A stretch of DNA of 64,000 nucleotides, taken from assembly GCA_937139035.1 (NCBI GenBank), contig CAKZPK010000024.1, forward strand, positions 3,625-67,624, in the 5' to 3' direction. The notes below the pieces were generated by a model. It was not told where the DNA came from. It saw only the letters and a list, made by a program, of their open reading frames with translations, and searched no databases. The position numbers and the translations under genes are program-made. Position 1 is the stretch's first letter. Each line of letters starts with the position of its first letter. Below are positions 1 to 11,100 of the stretch, piece after piece. Source of the DNA: an uncultured Crocinitomix sp. (GTDB taxonomy: Bacteria > Bacteroidota > Bacteroidia > Flavobacteriales_D > Crocinitomicaceae).

Positions 1-770
1 GATTGGTTATTGATTATATAATGATGGGCTCATTCTTCACGGGAGATGACGCTAAACAGCCATTTCAAATCATGTCTAGAACTAGTTTTTATGCTATGTA
101 CAGTGATTTACTTAGTGATACAGAGCGATTGTTGTATACCAATATTTTCATTGATAATATGAGCGCTACGCTAAAAAAAATAGATGCAAAAGCGCAGGTA
201 ATATTTAAATGGGATCAGGAAAAAAGTTCTAATACAAAAAAAAGAAAAGAGAATTGGGATCAGTGGCGGAAATATCGGAAAGAACATTTTGGAAAAGATC
301 CTGGTAAGTATCTCAAAATTAATGGAAGTTCTTTTGTTAATCGATATGGATATGGCGAAGAATTGTCAAAAGATGAGAAGGCTAAACCTGAAAATAGATT
401 TCGCGTTTATAAGAAGACAGGGCCAACAATATCTAATTGGTTAACATCAATTAAAAGTGGTTCAAATTCTCCTGTAAGAGATAGTAAAAATCTACAGAAA
501 ACAGATAGTATGTCACCTCCTTCTTCTGGTAGTAGTGCAATGGGACGATTTGGAATTAATAAAAAGAAAAAAGACAAACACCGAAACCTTATTAGAATGG
601 AGGTTAGGCAAACGGAAAATCAAAAACTTGACCTTAATAAAGATGAATGGCTTCCGGAGTTAGAAGAACGATTTAAATATGGAATTGAAAATCGTGGACG
701 TGGGGTTGAAAATGAAAAGCCATTGCCAAATAAATCCGTAAAATCTACTAGACTCTTTAAGGGGGAGTAA
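1..770 (+). CDS. C-terminal part of a hypothetical protein, possibly effector-like (runs off the left edge)
   Basis: Frame open from the window edge to the TAA at 768-770; Lys-rich; no family recognised with confidence. Confidence 0.6.
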   Translation, partial: LVIDYIMMGSFFTGDDAKQPFQIMSRTSFYAMYSDLLSDTERLLYTNIFIDNMSATLKKIDAKAQVIFKWDQEKSSNTKKRKENWDQWRKYRKEHFGKDPGKYLKINGSSFVNRYGYGEELSKDEKAKPENRFRVYKKTGPTISNWLTSIKSGSNSPVRDSKNLQKTDSMSPPSSGSSAMGRFGINKKKKDKHRNLIRMEVRQTENQKLDLNKDEWLPELEERFKYGIENRGRGVENEKPLPNKSVKSTRLFKGE

Positions 771-801
771 TTACTTTTTGAGGCTTTAATTTAAAAGTAG
801 A

Positions 802-2307
802 ATGTATCAATATCAACAGCAACAGACAGATTTAGCTTCAACAATTCGTGGAGGAAAATCGATTACACAAGTGCATAGAAATGAAAATGGGATTTATGCC
901 GATAAAAAGGTTGAAGCCTTTAATAGTTCAAACGGGGAAACTTTAAAAGGTCATTTTGTACCAGATGAAGAATTGTATTATCGGGATCATATTGAAGGTT
1001 GGGTACTTCTTGAGGGCACAATGATTGATTTAGAGGGAAATCGATTAACACTTGAAGAAGGTTGGGTGAAAATGGGAGAGACTAATTTTGACCCTGATGG
1101 TGAAAAATTTAAAGAAATTATTTTGACCACAAAAATCATGGCGGCCATGGAAGGTTATGAGGATGACCTAAAAGCTAATATAAGAGAACATGATGCTAAT
1201 GTGAAGCAAGATTATAATAAAAAGAATCCACGTAAAAAGGTTGAACACGCAGATGATATTCCTTCAGGTTATGGTGTTGATTACTATGATCGAGGAAATG
1301 AGCTTTTTGATAAGCGGGTGGGGAAAGATGTTGCCGCGAAGAAAAAAGCGGCGCAAACAATGGTCGATTATTACGATTATTATTACAATTTGTCCTCAAT
1401 TTTTGATGCGAATGATTTGGTTTTGGATAAAGAGAATGAAGAGTCTGATCGCATTTTCTATGACAATATTTTTCCAAATGATGATGCCAAAGTGCGTATG
1501 GGTGGTTACCCTAAGGAGGATCAAAATGCAGATCATATTTTGGATTTAGGAGAGAAGAAGTGGATGGCGACAATGGAGGTGATGTACAAATCCGAAAATA
1601 AAAAGAAAAAAGAGATTGTTAGCGTTATAATGAACTTACCGATTGAAGAATTAATGAGACAATTTTATGCTATTCGATCTGGGGTTGATGAAAAAGGGAA
1701 GGCGCACAAAATTGTTTCAAAGAAAACAGGTGTTTTGGCTGTGATGATGGCGCATGAGTACATTCATGCTGCTCAAAATAGTCAAAAGGAACACATAGAT
1801 ATTGGGAATTATCCGGATGCGGAGAATAAACCAATGCGCAAAGCTGCTCGTGAGATTTTGGCCTACCATTTTACTGCCTTTCCGAATAAAAAATATGAAG
1901 ATCCTGCGAATGATCCTGTATTTGCAAGTACTGACTTTGTTCGTGGTGAAACGGCAAAATTTAAGGAGTTTCCAACATTGGAATTTGCTTTTTTAATTTG
2001 GAAAGGGCTAGATTATTTTAGGACATTTAAAAATTATAGTTTACCAGAAACTGCAGACGCCTCCGATAAAACAAAATTACAATCCGCAAAAGGTCGAATA
2101 AATAAAAAGTATAAATTTTTAGCTTTAGAAAAAGATTATTTGGATGCAGCTGAAAAATTATTAAATGGACCTTATAAAATTGATATGTCTTACACAAATA
2201 ATCAAGATAAATTTATGCTATACCTTTATGAAAAGTCAAAGGAGCAAGATGGAAACTTTGAAAATTTGGTTCATGAAAATCCTGTGGTTAAAGAAGATTC
2301 AAAATAA
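802..2307 (+). CDS. Hypothetical protein with HEXXH zinc-metallopeptidase-like motif
   Basis: 501-aa ORF; MAHEYIHAAQ followed ~25 aa later by REILAY (candidate third-ligand Glu); no signal peptide. Confidence 0.6.
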   Translation: MYQYQQQQTDLASTIRGGKSITQVHRNENGIYADKKVEAFNSSNGETLKGHFVPDEELYYRDHIEGWVLLEGTMIDLEGNRLTLEEGWVKMGETNFDPDGEKFKEIILTTKIMAAMEGYEDDLKANIREHDANVKQDYNKKNPRKKVEHADDIPSGYGVDYYDRGNELFDKRVGKDVAAKKKAAQTMVDYYDYYYNLSSIFDANDLVLDKENEESDRIFYDNIFPNDDAKVRMGGYPKEDQNADHILDLGEKKWMATMEVMYKSENKKKKEIVSVIMNLPIEELMRQFYAIRSGVDEKGKAHKIVSKKTGVLAVMMAHEYIHAAQNSQKEHIDIGNYPDAENKPMRKAAREILAYHFTAFPNKKYEDPANDPVFASTDFVRGETAKFKEFPTLEFAFLIWKGLDYFRTFKNYSLPETADASDKTKLQSAKGRINKKYKFLALEKDYLDAAEKLLNGPYKIDMSYTNNQDKFMLYLYEKSKEQDGNFENLVHENPVVKEDSK

Positions 2308-2470
2308 ATGCATCATTGCTACTATTGAAAATGTTATTTTTCTGAAAATAATTTGCTATTTAAGGCTATAAATTAGTGAATTAGGGATGATAATTATCAC
2401 TTTTTAATTTTTTAAAAAGACTTGCAAAAGAATTTTCATTTTATATCTTTACTCCCTAAAAATAAACCCT

Positions 2471-2980
2471 ATGAAACTACTTCAATTATCATTTATCTTA
2501 GCATTGGTTTTTTCGTTTAACTCTTGCAAAACCATTAAAAGTTCAACCGTTAAGGAAACAGACGTTTCAGGACCAACAGTTATTCAAAAGCCTGTTATTG
2601 CAGATTTGGATGTGAAAGAAACGAAGGTTAGTGGAAGTTTTTCAGGTTCGTCAAGCTTTAGCGTATCACATGCTAAAGAAATGGCGGTTGCAGATGCGTT
2701 AAAATCATCTAGTTCTGATGTGCTTGTTGAGCCACGTTATGAGATTTCTAAGTCATTTAGAAAAATCGAAGTTACAGTTACAGGATATCCTGCAACGTAT
2801 AAGAATTTCCGCCCAATGGAAGCTGCAGATACTATTTTTGTAAATTCAATGGCGCCAACTAAAGATCTTCAGTTGTTTGATAATGGTGGAGGTAGAAACG
2901 TAGGTAAAATTGCACTTTTATCAGGTGGTGGAATTGCGGTTGCAGGTGGTCTGTTTTTTCTGTGGTTGCTATTATTCTAA
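2471..2980 (+). CDS. Putative lipoprotein with C-terminal hydrophobic anchor
   Basis: Signal peptide ending FNSC; hydrophobic C-terminus. Confidence 0.7.
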   Translation: MKLLQLSFILALVFSFNSCKTIKSSTVKETDVSGPTVIQKPVIADLDVKETKVSGSFSGSSSFSVSHAKEMAVADALKSSSSDVLVEPRYEISKSFRKIEVTVTGYPATYKNFRPMEAADTIFVNSMAPTKDLQLFDNGGGRNVGKIALLSGGGIAVAGGLFFLWLLLF

Positions 2981-2996
2981 GCAAGTCTTTAAAAGT

Positions 2997-3464
2997 CTAT
3001 TGAATAAACGGAACGTTGTTGAATACACCATTCACAATGTTTAAACTGCTACCATCTAGTTTGTGTGCTTTAAATGAAAAGGTACCATTCATTGTCTTTT
3101 TTAAGTCATCAATTAATATGGCTGAAATGGTAATTGTACCAGAATTTTCTCCTCCGCTTGAGTGAGTAGTGTACTGCTCGAATCCTTCATCTGCCAAATC
3201 AATTACTGAGGCAATATTGCCTGATGTTGTGAGGTCGTATGTATCCATACTGTTGTCATTCAGGTGAATTAGAAATCGGTAGGAGGTATCTTCTGTAGTA
3301 AACTTTATTAGGCCGTCTTGTGTGCGATCTATTTCTGGGTCGGTGCCACGCCAGCTTTCACCATTAACGAGGCAACTAAACTCTCCTTCGCTCAACTGTT
3401 CTTCCTTTTTGCAAGAAAAAACTAACAACGTAAAAGCGAATAGGATAATGCAGTGTGATTTCAT
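2997..3464 (-). CDS. Lipoprotein (DUF6252-like)
   Basis: MKSH start with lipobox VFSC-KKE; NGESW and GTFSFKA...GVF patterns typical of Bacteroidota beta-rich lipoproteins. Confidence 0.65.
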   Translation of the reverse strand: MKSHCIILFAFTLLVFSCKKEEQLSEGEFSCLVNGESWRGTDPEIDRTQDGLIKFTTEDTSYRFLIHLNDNSMDTYDLTTSGNIASVIDLADEGFEQYTTHSSGGENSGTITISAILIDDLKKTMNGTFSFKAHKLDGSSLNIVNGVFNNVPFIQ

Positions 3465-3515
3465 ATTGATGTAATATAACAATTTCAATTGTTTTTTATT
3501 CTAAGAGTCAGATTA

Positions 3516-4310
3516 TCAATAGTAAGTATAAACAAAACTTAAAGATGATTTTTCTTCTGTTTCCAGATTGTTTGTTTCAATTTTACGAATTAAGGTGCCA
3601 TCATAAATCCGTGTAATTTCTTTTATGAGTTTACCAGCAGGATCTTTAACTAGTGTTTTGCTTCGCTCTCCATAACTATTGTATTCTACATAATAAAGGG
3701 TGCTTAGCTTATTACTTTCGTCATATCCAAATTCTTGAATAGTAAAGCCATTCACAATTTTCCCTCTTAATCTACCGTCCATATAATGTTCATAAACAGT
3801 GTCCTCTTTTTCAACTAAATAAGTGTCGTAATTAAAAACGGGTGAATTACTTTTTCTTACGCCATTTTCATAATGAAATGTGTCACAAAGCATCTCTTCC
3901 ACATGATTGTTGAAATAAAACGTGACACATTCTGATTGTAATAGTCCTTTAGGGGTGTAATGATAAAAAGTAGAATCAACCTCATAATCAGACCAAAACC
4001 ATTGTTCACTTGTAATTTTATTATCGGGGGCATATTGTGCCGTTAAAGTCCAAATGGCATTTGTGTCTTGGGCTTGATATTCGATTTCTTCAGTAATAAG
4101 ACCTTTCTGGTTAAAATGACCAATGTTTATAATGCTGCTATCCGCATTTTCTTTGTGATTTGTGACCTGATATGTGATACAAGTTTTAACCTTGTATTTA
4201 AGGATGTTGCTATAATCACTATTGTCTATTACGGTAAAGTCATAATCTTGAGCAATTGTATTAAAACAAGCTAAAATTGTAATAGAGAAAAGAAGATAAA
4301 TTTTAGTCAT
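3516..4310 (-). CDS. Secreted hypothetical protein with Tyr-rich (YD-like) beta repeats
   Basis: MTKIYLLF signal peptide; repeated Y-x-Y-x-x-x-G turns; similar in style to 33310-34101. Confidence 0.6.
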   Translation of the reverse strand: MTKIYLLFSITILACFNTIAQDYDFTVIDNSDYSNILKYKVKTCITYQVTNHKENADSSIINIGHFNQKGLITEEIEYQAQDTNAIWTLTAQYAPDNKITSEQWFWSDYEVDSTFYHYTPKGLLQSECVTFYFNNHVEEMLCDTFHYENGVRKSNSPVFNYDTYLVEKEDTVYEHYMDGRLRGKIVNGFTIQEFGYDESNKLSTLYYVEYNSYGERSKTLVKDPAGKLIKEITRIYDGTLIRKIETNNLETEEKSSLSFVYTYY

Positions 4311-4484
4311 GATCAAACTGTTGCAACTGTGTTCAAGGTAGTGATAAATATGTGAATTGCCTAAATCAACTACATTAGCTTGTAGAATAGTCAATATGAA
4401 AAGGAAATAGAATCAATTATAGGGCTATTATAAAACTTATTGAAGGATTTATAAACCTCAAATCTGTTGCGTTTGCAAAACAAA

Positions 4485-5828
4485 TTATTTCCCAATCCAT
4501 CCCTCAATTGTTGCAATAATCTCGGCTTTTGTATCAGTATCAAAGCTTTTTATTCTTGTATCATGATGCCCTTTAGGGTTGACATATTTTTTTAGTCCGC
4601 GAGCCTGCGCTTGTTCGCCTAGTTCTACTGCCGTTGCACTCCAAGTGTCATACTCACCATAAATAAATAGAATTGTTTCGGCCTCGTTTTGAATAAAGTC
4701 ATTTAGTTTTTTCATTGGCGAGGCATCAAAGCTAGTTTGGCGCCCATCTGGAGCAGTAAAGTCGAACAAATAGTCTGATTGTTGTGATAAGTATTTTTTG
4801 AAAGGTTCGTATTGATAACCGTAAATACCCATTTCAGTGAGAGCTGCATAAAAATAAGAGCGTAAATCCTCTATGCCATGTTGTTCAAAAAAGGAAATCC
4901 CTGAAACATTAATTAAATGACTTAATAGGGCAGAATCTGTCGCTTTAGCAGTTGGAATTTGACTAGGTTCATAAGCCCCCCATTGCCAGAATGCAAAGGA
5001 GTATTCTAACACATAATATTCAAAAGCCATTGCAATTGGAATGTCCCATTTATAGCCGTTTTTTTCTGCAACTGATTCTAAGATTGGAACTAAAACATCT
5101 TTACGCTCAAGGCAGAGGACTTGAAAATCTTGCACTGCTTTACGCTCTTCTGCCGTTGCTACTGAGTTTAAAAAAGAATAAATTCTCGGATCTTCGCGTG
5201 TAAAATTAAGGGGAGCAACATAACAAACACTTGCGTCCACATCTTTCGGATAAAAAGACCGGTGCAGCATGGTAGTTTGTCCTCCTTTGCTTATTCCGGT
5301 GGAAATAAACTTATTGTTTGGGTAAATGGCTTTGCGAATGGCATTAATAATAATATGGTGATCGTATGCCGCATTTTCTACTGTTAAGGTTTCCCACGGA
5401 ATGCCCTTTTTGGGTTTTGATTGGTCAAAATAGCGGTGCTCAATTCTAATTTGATTAGCTTTTAAAAGACTTGTTAATTCATTTGCTTTGGCAGAATAAG
5501 CTGTGTAGCCTTCTAATTCTGCAACAACTGGCGCGTCATAACCATAATCGCTGAGGTAAACCTTTTGTAAAAACGTACCTGCTTTTTCATTTTTAGGGTC
5601 TATTTGCTGCTTAAACCAAATTTCATAGCAACGTTTAAAATGGTCGCTTGGTGTAATCTCTTTGACTTTTTTAACCCCAGGAATTTTTTTCAATAACTTT
5701 TTTAGGTTGCGCGGAGGCACACTTGTGCTTACTTCTGCAGGTTGTACTTGGGCAATAAGAGGCTGTGTAGCAGGTAAAACAACAAAGCCAATAATGATTA
5801 GGCTAATTTTTAGGAATGATTTTAACAT
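4485..5828 (-). CDS. Secreted serine peptidase, S37/S28 family (PS-10 tripeptidyl aminopeptidase-like)
   Basis: IEHRYF, GISKGG nucleophile motif, YGEYDTWSA, GHH; signal peptide from MLKSFLK. Confidence 0.85.
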   Translation of the reverse strand: MLKSFLKISLIIIGFVVLPATQPLIAQVQPAEVSTSVPPRNLKKLLKKIPGVKKVKEITPSDHFKRCYEIWFKQQIDPKNEKAGTFLQKVYLSDYGYDAPVVAELEGYTAYSAKANELTSLLKANQIRIEHRYFDQSKPKKGIPWETLTVENAAYDHHIIINAIRKAIYPNNKFISTGISKGGQTTMLHRSFYPKDVDASVCYVAPLNFTREDPRIYSFLNSVATAEERKAVQDFQVLCLERKDVLVPILESVAEKNGYKWDIPIAMAFEYYVLEYSFAFWQWGAYEPSQIPTAKATDSALLSHLINVSGISFFEQHGIEDLRSYFYAALTEMGIYGYQYEPFKKYLSQQSDYLFDFTAPDGRQTSFDASPMKKLNDFIQNEAETILFIYGEYDTWSATAVELGEQAQARGLKKYVNPKGHHDTRIKSFDTDTKAEIIATIEGWIGK

Positions 5829-5832
5829 AAGC

Positions 5833-6735
5833 TTAAAAATAAATGTTTTTTGCCACTCTAAAGGTATTGGCGTGTGCCTCAATTATTGCGGTAATTTTTG
5901 TAGAGTATCCTCCTCCCATACTCACAGCAACTGGAATTCCTTTTGCTTGGCAGGTTTTAAAAACAAATTCATCACGCAATTTTGCCCCTTGAATACTAAG
6001 GGCTAAGCGTCCTAGGTTGTCGGTTTGTAAAATATCTACACCACTTAAATAAAGTACCAATTCAGGATTTACTTGTTCAATTAATCCTGGCAATGTGTCG
6101 TATAATAATTGCAAATAAGCTTTATCTTCAATTCCGTCAGGTACACCTAAATCAAAGTCAGACTTTTCTTTTTTTAGTGGCTAATTATGTTCGCCATGCA
6201 TGCTGAAAGTAAAAACGCGATTTTCGTTTTCAAAAATTTTGGCGGTACCATTTCCTTGATGTACGTCTAGGTCTACCACCATTATTTTATTTAAAGTTCC
6301 GGCGTGTAAAAGTTCCGTGGCGGTTATGGCAAAATCATTGAACATACAAAAGCCTTCGCCTCTTTCTGCAAAAGAATGATGCGTGCCGCCCGCTACATTT
6401 AGCGAAACACCTTCGTTTAAAGCATGCTTTGCGCATTCTAAGGTTCCGTTTGAAATGTGTCGTCCACGTTGCACTAATGATTCGTGAAAAGGAAAGCCAA
6501 GCGCTCGAATTTCTTTTCTTGATAATGTTCCTGTCTTGAGCTTTTTCCAATATTCGGCTGTGTGTGTGCGCAATATTTGTTCCTCGGTTAGCGCTTCAGG
6601 GTGAAAAAAGTTAGATTGCGTTAAAGTGCCTTCATGTAATAATTGGGCTGGTAAAAGGTCATATTTTTCCATTGGAAAACGGTGACCATCAGGTAATTTT
6701 TGATACGTATAAACAGGACTAAACGCAACTTTCAT
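5833..6735 (-). pseudogene. Histone deacetylase family (HDAC/AcuC-like) gene interrupted by one in-frame TAG at 6181-6183
   Basis: HRFPMEKY, GGTHH, GFC, DLDVHQGNGT, SMHGEHN*PLKKEKSD, GVD, MGGGY all lie in one frame; the two ORF-track pieces are in frame with each other. Confidence 0.85.
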
Positions 6736-6824
6736 GAATCGTAAAGTTAAAAAGCTAAGCAAATATTGGCCTATTTAAAACGAATTGCAGCAAGAAATAG
6801 TTCTGTAATGGCATAAAAATAAAA

Positions 6825-6861
6825 AACTCCAGACGAGCAAATTGCTTGCAAGTCTGGAGTT
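6825..6861 (-). terminator. Intrinsic terminator after rtcB
   Basis: AACTCCAGAC...GTCTGGAGTT stem with an A-tract on its left (U-tract on the minus strand). Confidence 0.7.
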
Positions 6862-6888
6862 ATAAAGTCTGAATTTGATAAAATAAGT

Positions 6889-8064
6889 TCATCCTTTCAA
6901 TACGGCTAATGGTTGCAATTTCACAACAATTTCAGCCAAATCGGTTTGGTTTTCCATTACAATATCAATATCCTTATAGGCATTGGTAGCTTCGTCCAAA
7001 TCGGAGACATTACGCACGGCGTGCACAATACCTTTATCATTTAATAATTTGATTTCAGCATCCAAATCTAACTCACGTTGCGCTTGTTTTCTACCCAATT
7101 TTCTTCCTGCCCCGTGTGAACAAGACATGAAACTTTCTGGGTTTCCAAGGCCTTTAACAATGTAAGACGAAGAACCTTGTGAGCCTGGAATCATTCCTAA
7201 TTCGCCATCAAAAGCTTTCGTTGCACCTTTTCTGTGCACTAATACATTTTTACCAAAATGGTTTTCCCATGCAGCAAAATTGTGCGATTTATTAATGATT
7301 TCATCTGTTTCTAATGTTAAATCATATTCATTTTTCACAACCTCTGTTATTGATGACATCATACGAGCCATCATTAATTTTCTGTTGGCTAACGCAAATT
7401 CAACACAATAATTCATTTCGTTGATATAGTCTTTTGCTAAATCATCTTGTAAAGGAATAAAGGCTAATTCCATTTTTTTTGTCACAACAGAATGATATTT
7501 TTCATTCAATTCAATAGCTGCTTTATTATAGTGTTTTGCAACGCTATATCCTAAGTTTCTACTTCCAGAATGAATCATTACCCAAATAAAGCCATCTGAT
7601 CCTTTTTGGATTTCAATAAAATGGTTTCCACCACCTAAGCTTCCAATTTGTTTCAAGGCTTTATTATATCCTCTAGCAACTATTTTTAAGTCTTCGTATC
7701 CTTCTGGCATTAAATCCGCATCTTGATCTTCATCATGCCAGTTAAAACCTAAAGGAATAGCTTTACGCGCAAGCCCTAAGATTTTTTTCAAATCGTCTTT
7801 AGTTAACGTTTTTAAATTTGTTTTTTGAGCACACATTCCACATCCAATATCAACCCCAACTGCGTTAGGAATTATAACACCTTCAGTAGCTAATATACTT
7901 CCAATAGGCATCCCGTACCCTTGGTGACTATCTGGCATTAATGGTATATGACTAAAAGTAAAAGGAAGGTTTGCTAAGTTTTTAGCTTGAGCTAATGCAC
8001 CATCTTCTAAATCATCTAACCACAATTTAATCGGTCTTCTTTCACTTGAAATAACTTGTTTCAT
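6889..8064 (-). CDS. rtcB: RNA ligase RtcB
   Basis: PDSHQGYGMPIG, VGVDIGCG, GGGNHFIE, HSGSR, HRKGAT, SCSHGAGR, AYKDI motifs. Confidence 0.95.
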   Translation of the reverse strand: MKQVISSERRPIKLWLDDLEDGALAQAKNLANLPFTFSHIPLMPDSHQGYGMPIGSILATEGVIIPNAVGVDIGCGMCAQKTNLKTLTKDDLKKILGLARKAIPLGFNWHDEDQDADLMPEGYEDLKIVARGYNKALKQIGSLGGGNHFIEIQKGSDGFIWVMIHSGSRNLGYSVAKHYNKAAIELNEKYHSVVTKKMELAFIPLQDDLAKDYINEMNYCVEFALANRKLMMARMMSSITEVVKNEYDLTLETDEIINKSHNFAAWENHFGKNVLVHRKGATKAFDGELGMIPGSQGSSSYIVKGLGNPESFMSCSHGAGRKLGRKQAQRELDLDAEIKLLNDKGIVHAVRNVSDLDEATNAYKDIDIVMENQTDLAEIVVKLQPLAVLKG

Positions 8065-8104
8065 TTTAATAGTTTTTTGTTTGATAGTACAAACTAAAAG
8101 CACG

Positions 8105-8127
8105 ACTGCGCAATGTTGTTGCGCAGT
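8105..8127. promoter_or_regulatory. Perfect palindromic operator candidate upstream of rtcB
   Basis: ACTGCGCAA-N5-TTGCGCAGT, just upstream of a near-consensus -7 box (TTAGTTTG on minus, 8090-8097). Confidence 0.65.
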
Positions 8128-8142
8128 GAAAAAAGAGATGTA

Positions 8143-8175
8143 AAAAAAGCCCAGACAATTATTGCCTGAGCTTTT
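8143..8175 (-). terminator. Intrinsic terminator after the TPR/transglutaminase gene
   Basis: AAAAAAGCCCAGACAAT...ATTGCCTGAGCTTTT imperfect stem flanked by A/T tracts. Confidence 0.6.
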
Positions 8176-8195
8176 AATAACCTGTTTTAGTTGGC

Positions 8196-11100
8196 CTATT
8201 TTACACCAATTTGTAAGTTGTCAGCCGTAATAATTTTTTCCATTGATTCTTTGAATAATTCATAATCATCCAACTCAATTTTTGATTCTTTAAAGTGAAT
8301 CTTTCTGTAAACTTTCAATACACCTGCTTCAACTTTGAAAGACAATTCATAGTCTACTAATTTGTTTGAGAATGTTACATCTTCAGGTTTTTCAGCTAAT
8401 CGTTTTCCTTCTGGCATAGTGATTGAAATTGTTTCAACCGCTACTGAGTAGCTAAAGTATTTCCAAAGTTCAACACCAAACTTACGATCTTCTACTGATA
8501 AGAATTCAATTGGCTCAATATTGTCTGCCAATGGCACTTTAACAATTTGTAATGATCCAATTTTTGTGTAAGGATTGCTAACAGTATATTCATACTTATA
8601 AGCTACCGAATCCGAATTGTTTTCTAGCGTTTCATCAAACTCAAGGTTGTCTAATTTAATATTAGCATAATCACCAGAAATCGCTTCCTGCATTGATTTT
8701 TTACGTGCCTCTTCTCCATCATCTCTATAAGTTGATCTCATTCCACCACCTCTGGCACCAGTTTTAACACAGCTTTTACTCACTGTCATTTTATTGTCAT
8801 ACAGTTTCACAGCACTTTCTCTGTGAATAGCATTTGGCAATGATTGAGAACGTGGTAAAAAACGTGGTTCAATTTCTTTATTGTCAGGATCAATTTCTAG
8901 AATGAAAGAGCCTTCTAAAGATGCTGATACAGTTGAGAACGGATATAAATCAGTTGTTAATTCAACAAACTTCTCTTCGCCTTCAAGCTCTACCTTTGCA
9001 ATACAGTGGTTAAACTCAATTGAAGGTAATTCCATTGCTTGCTGTCCTTTGTTTCTTGTGTTTACTAGAACTAAGCTAGCATCAATTCCAACCTCTTCGC
9101 ACATAGCAACAAATAACGTTGATACATCTTTACAATCTCCTATTTTAGTAGTAATTACGTCAGATGCTTTTTGTGGTACTAATCCAGACTGTCTGAACGA
9201 AATAGATGAATAACGAATTTCATTTACTATGTAACCATAAATTGCTTCAATCATTTCTCTTTCAGATAAACCATCTGTTCCATCAGGGAAAAGTGTTTTA
9301 ACTGATTCTTTTACTTCAAAATCAACTTTTGCTTTTGTTGCAGCCAAATCAGAATACCAATCAGAAACGAAACTCCAATCTGGCATACTTGAGTAATGTA
9401 AGGTTCTTCCTATATCTACTAAAGGAGGCATATAACCTTCTGACTTGATACTTTCGTTATCTGTAGAAGAGTAGATTAAAAGCGTCTTTCCGTCTACTGT
9501 TTTTTCTTCTTTTTTAACGTCACCATTAGCAACTGTAAATTTTAATGGAACTTCTGCTTCATCATATAAAATTGAGAATTCAACGTTTTTTGAAGGAATG
9601 AAATAATCAAAATATTGTTTTCCCCAATAGTGCTCTGCTAAGTTTCCTTGGTAGTAATTTTGCAATTTATAAGAAAGGAAAATTCCATCACCAGGCTCAA
9701 GGTTTGTAAATACACAATATCCGCCAGATGTTTCTGCAACGTTTTTAGTTCCGTCAGCTTTTAAAACTTCAGCCTTTTCAATAATTAAGTATTGTGATCC
9801 TTGGCGTGGAATTGAATATTCTTTCCAAAAATCTACACCTGCTTTATCAAATACTTTAATTACGGTATAGTTACGCTCTTCAACTGCACCTTTTTCGTGG
9901 ATTACAACTTGTTTCTCTTCAGTTACGATTACTGAGTTATCCTCCGGGTAATCTTCAGCACTTGGCGCAGTTTTGTAAATCTCGTAGTAGTCTTTTTCTA
10001 CGAAATAATCAAATGGATTGTCAATTCCTTCAATGTCTCTAATTCTTTGGCGAGCATCAAAATCCGTTGGGTCATAAGTAATGGCTTTTTTGAAATGTTC
10101 CAACGCTTCATTTTCTTTCTCCATGTCCATCAAAATCTCTCCTTTTTTAGAGTATAAATTTCCAACGAAAGGGGCAAGAACAATCGCATCATCCAAGTAA
10201 TCCAATGCAATTTGATATCTGTTCAATTGATAGTTATAGTCTGAAAGATCTATCATAATACCAATTGCATATGGCTTAACTTCTAGTAGTTTTTTGTATT
10301 CAACAAAAAATTGTTCCACCATATCTCTTTCATTCCATGACCAAGCATATTTACGTTGCATGCCGGTTGAATAATGCTTTTTAAGATATTTTTTAAGGAC
10401 TTTTTGAGCTCCCTTAACATTGACACTTTTTTCAATTAAGTATTTGTAATTAACAAAAGTTTCGTCGTTTGGATAACGTTGGTAACCTTCTTCAATTAAG
10501 TCAATTACTTTTTGGTTATTTGCACGGGCAGATTCTAAAGCAATTCTTTTTTCTAAATAACTACCATTGTCTCCTAGCGCAGTTTTAAGTCCGCCTAGTA
10601 AATCTTCAGCCTCATCATAATTTTCATTTGAAATAGCTTCGTTAAACTCTAATAAAAGAGACAATTTGTTTTCAGGATGAACTGCTTTTAGTTTTTCCAT
10701 TGCAGCACCTAGTTCAGTTTCATTGTTTTGGTCAATGTAAAGCTCTAATAACTCTACCAAAATCAAACTATTGTCAGGAGCTAATTTTTCAGCTTTTTTA
10801 AGCACACGCTGTGCTTGGTTTGTTTTACCATTGTCTAAATAGATACGAGATAAAAGAATGTGGTATAATAAGTTGTCCGGATTCTTTTTTACTTGCTCTT
10901 CAAAGTAAACCTCTTGTGGCAATTCAATTCTATTTAATTTTTCTCCGCCGATAGCACTATAATTCGTGTAATTAGGTGAGTGAGTGAGGTTATTGATTGG
11001 ATTTCCTTTACCATCCGTAATACGCACCATAAAGTTTTGGCTCGAAATTTCGCTACTACCAACTTGAAGCAATAAACGGTTGTTTCCTTTTTTCAATTTT

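Noticed and set aside
6181..6183. Genome-wide or phage TAG recoding
   Set aside because: Other genes end normally at TAG (e.g. portal 58296-58298, cytochrome c 26467-26469) and no other gene shows an internal TAG
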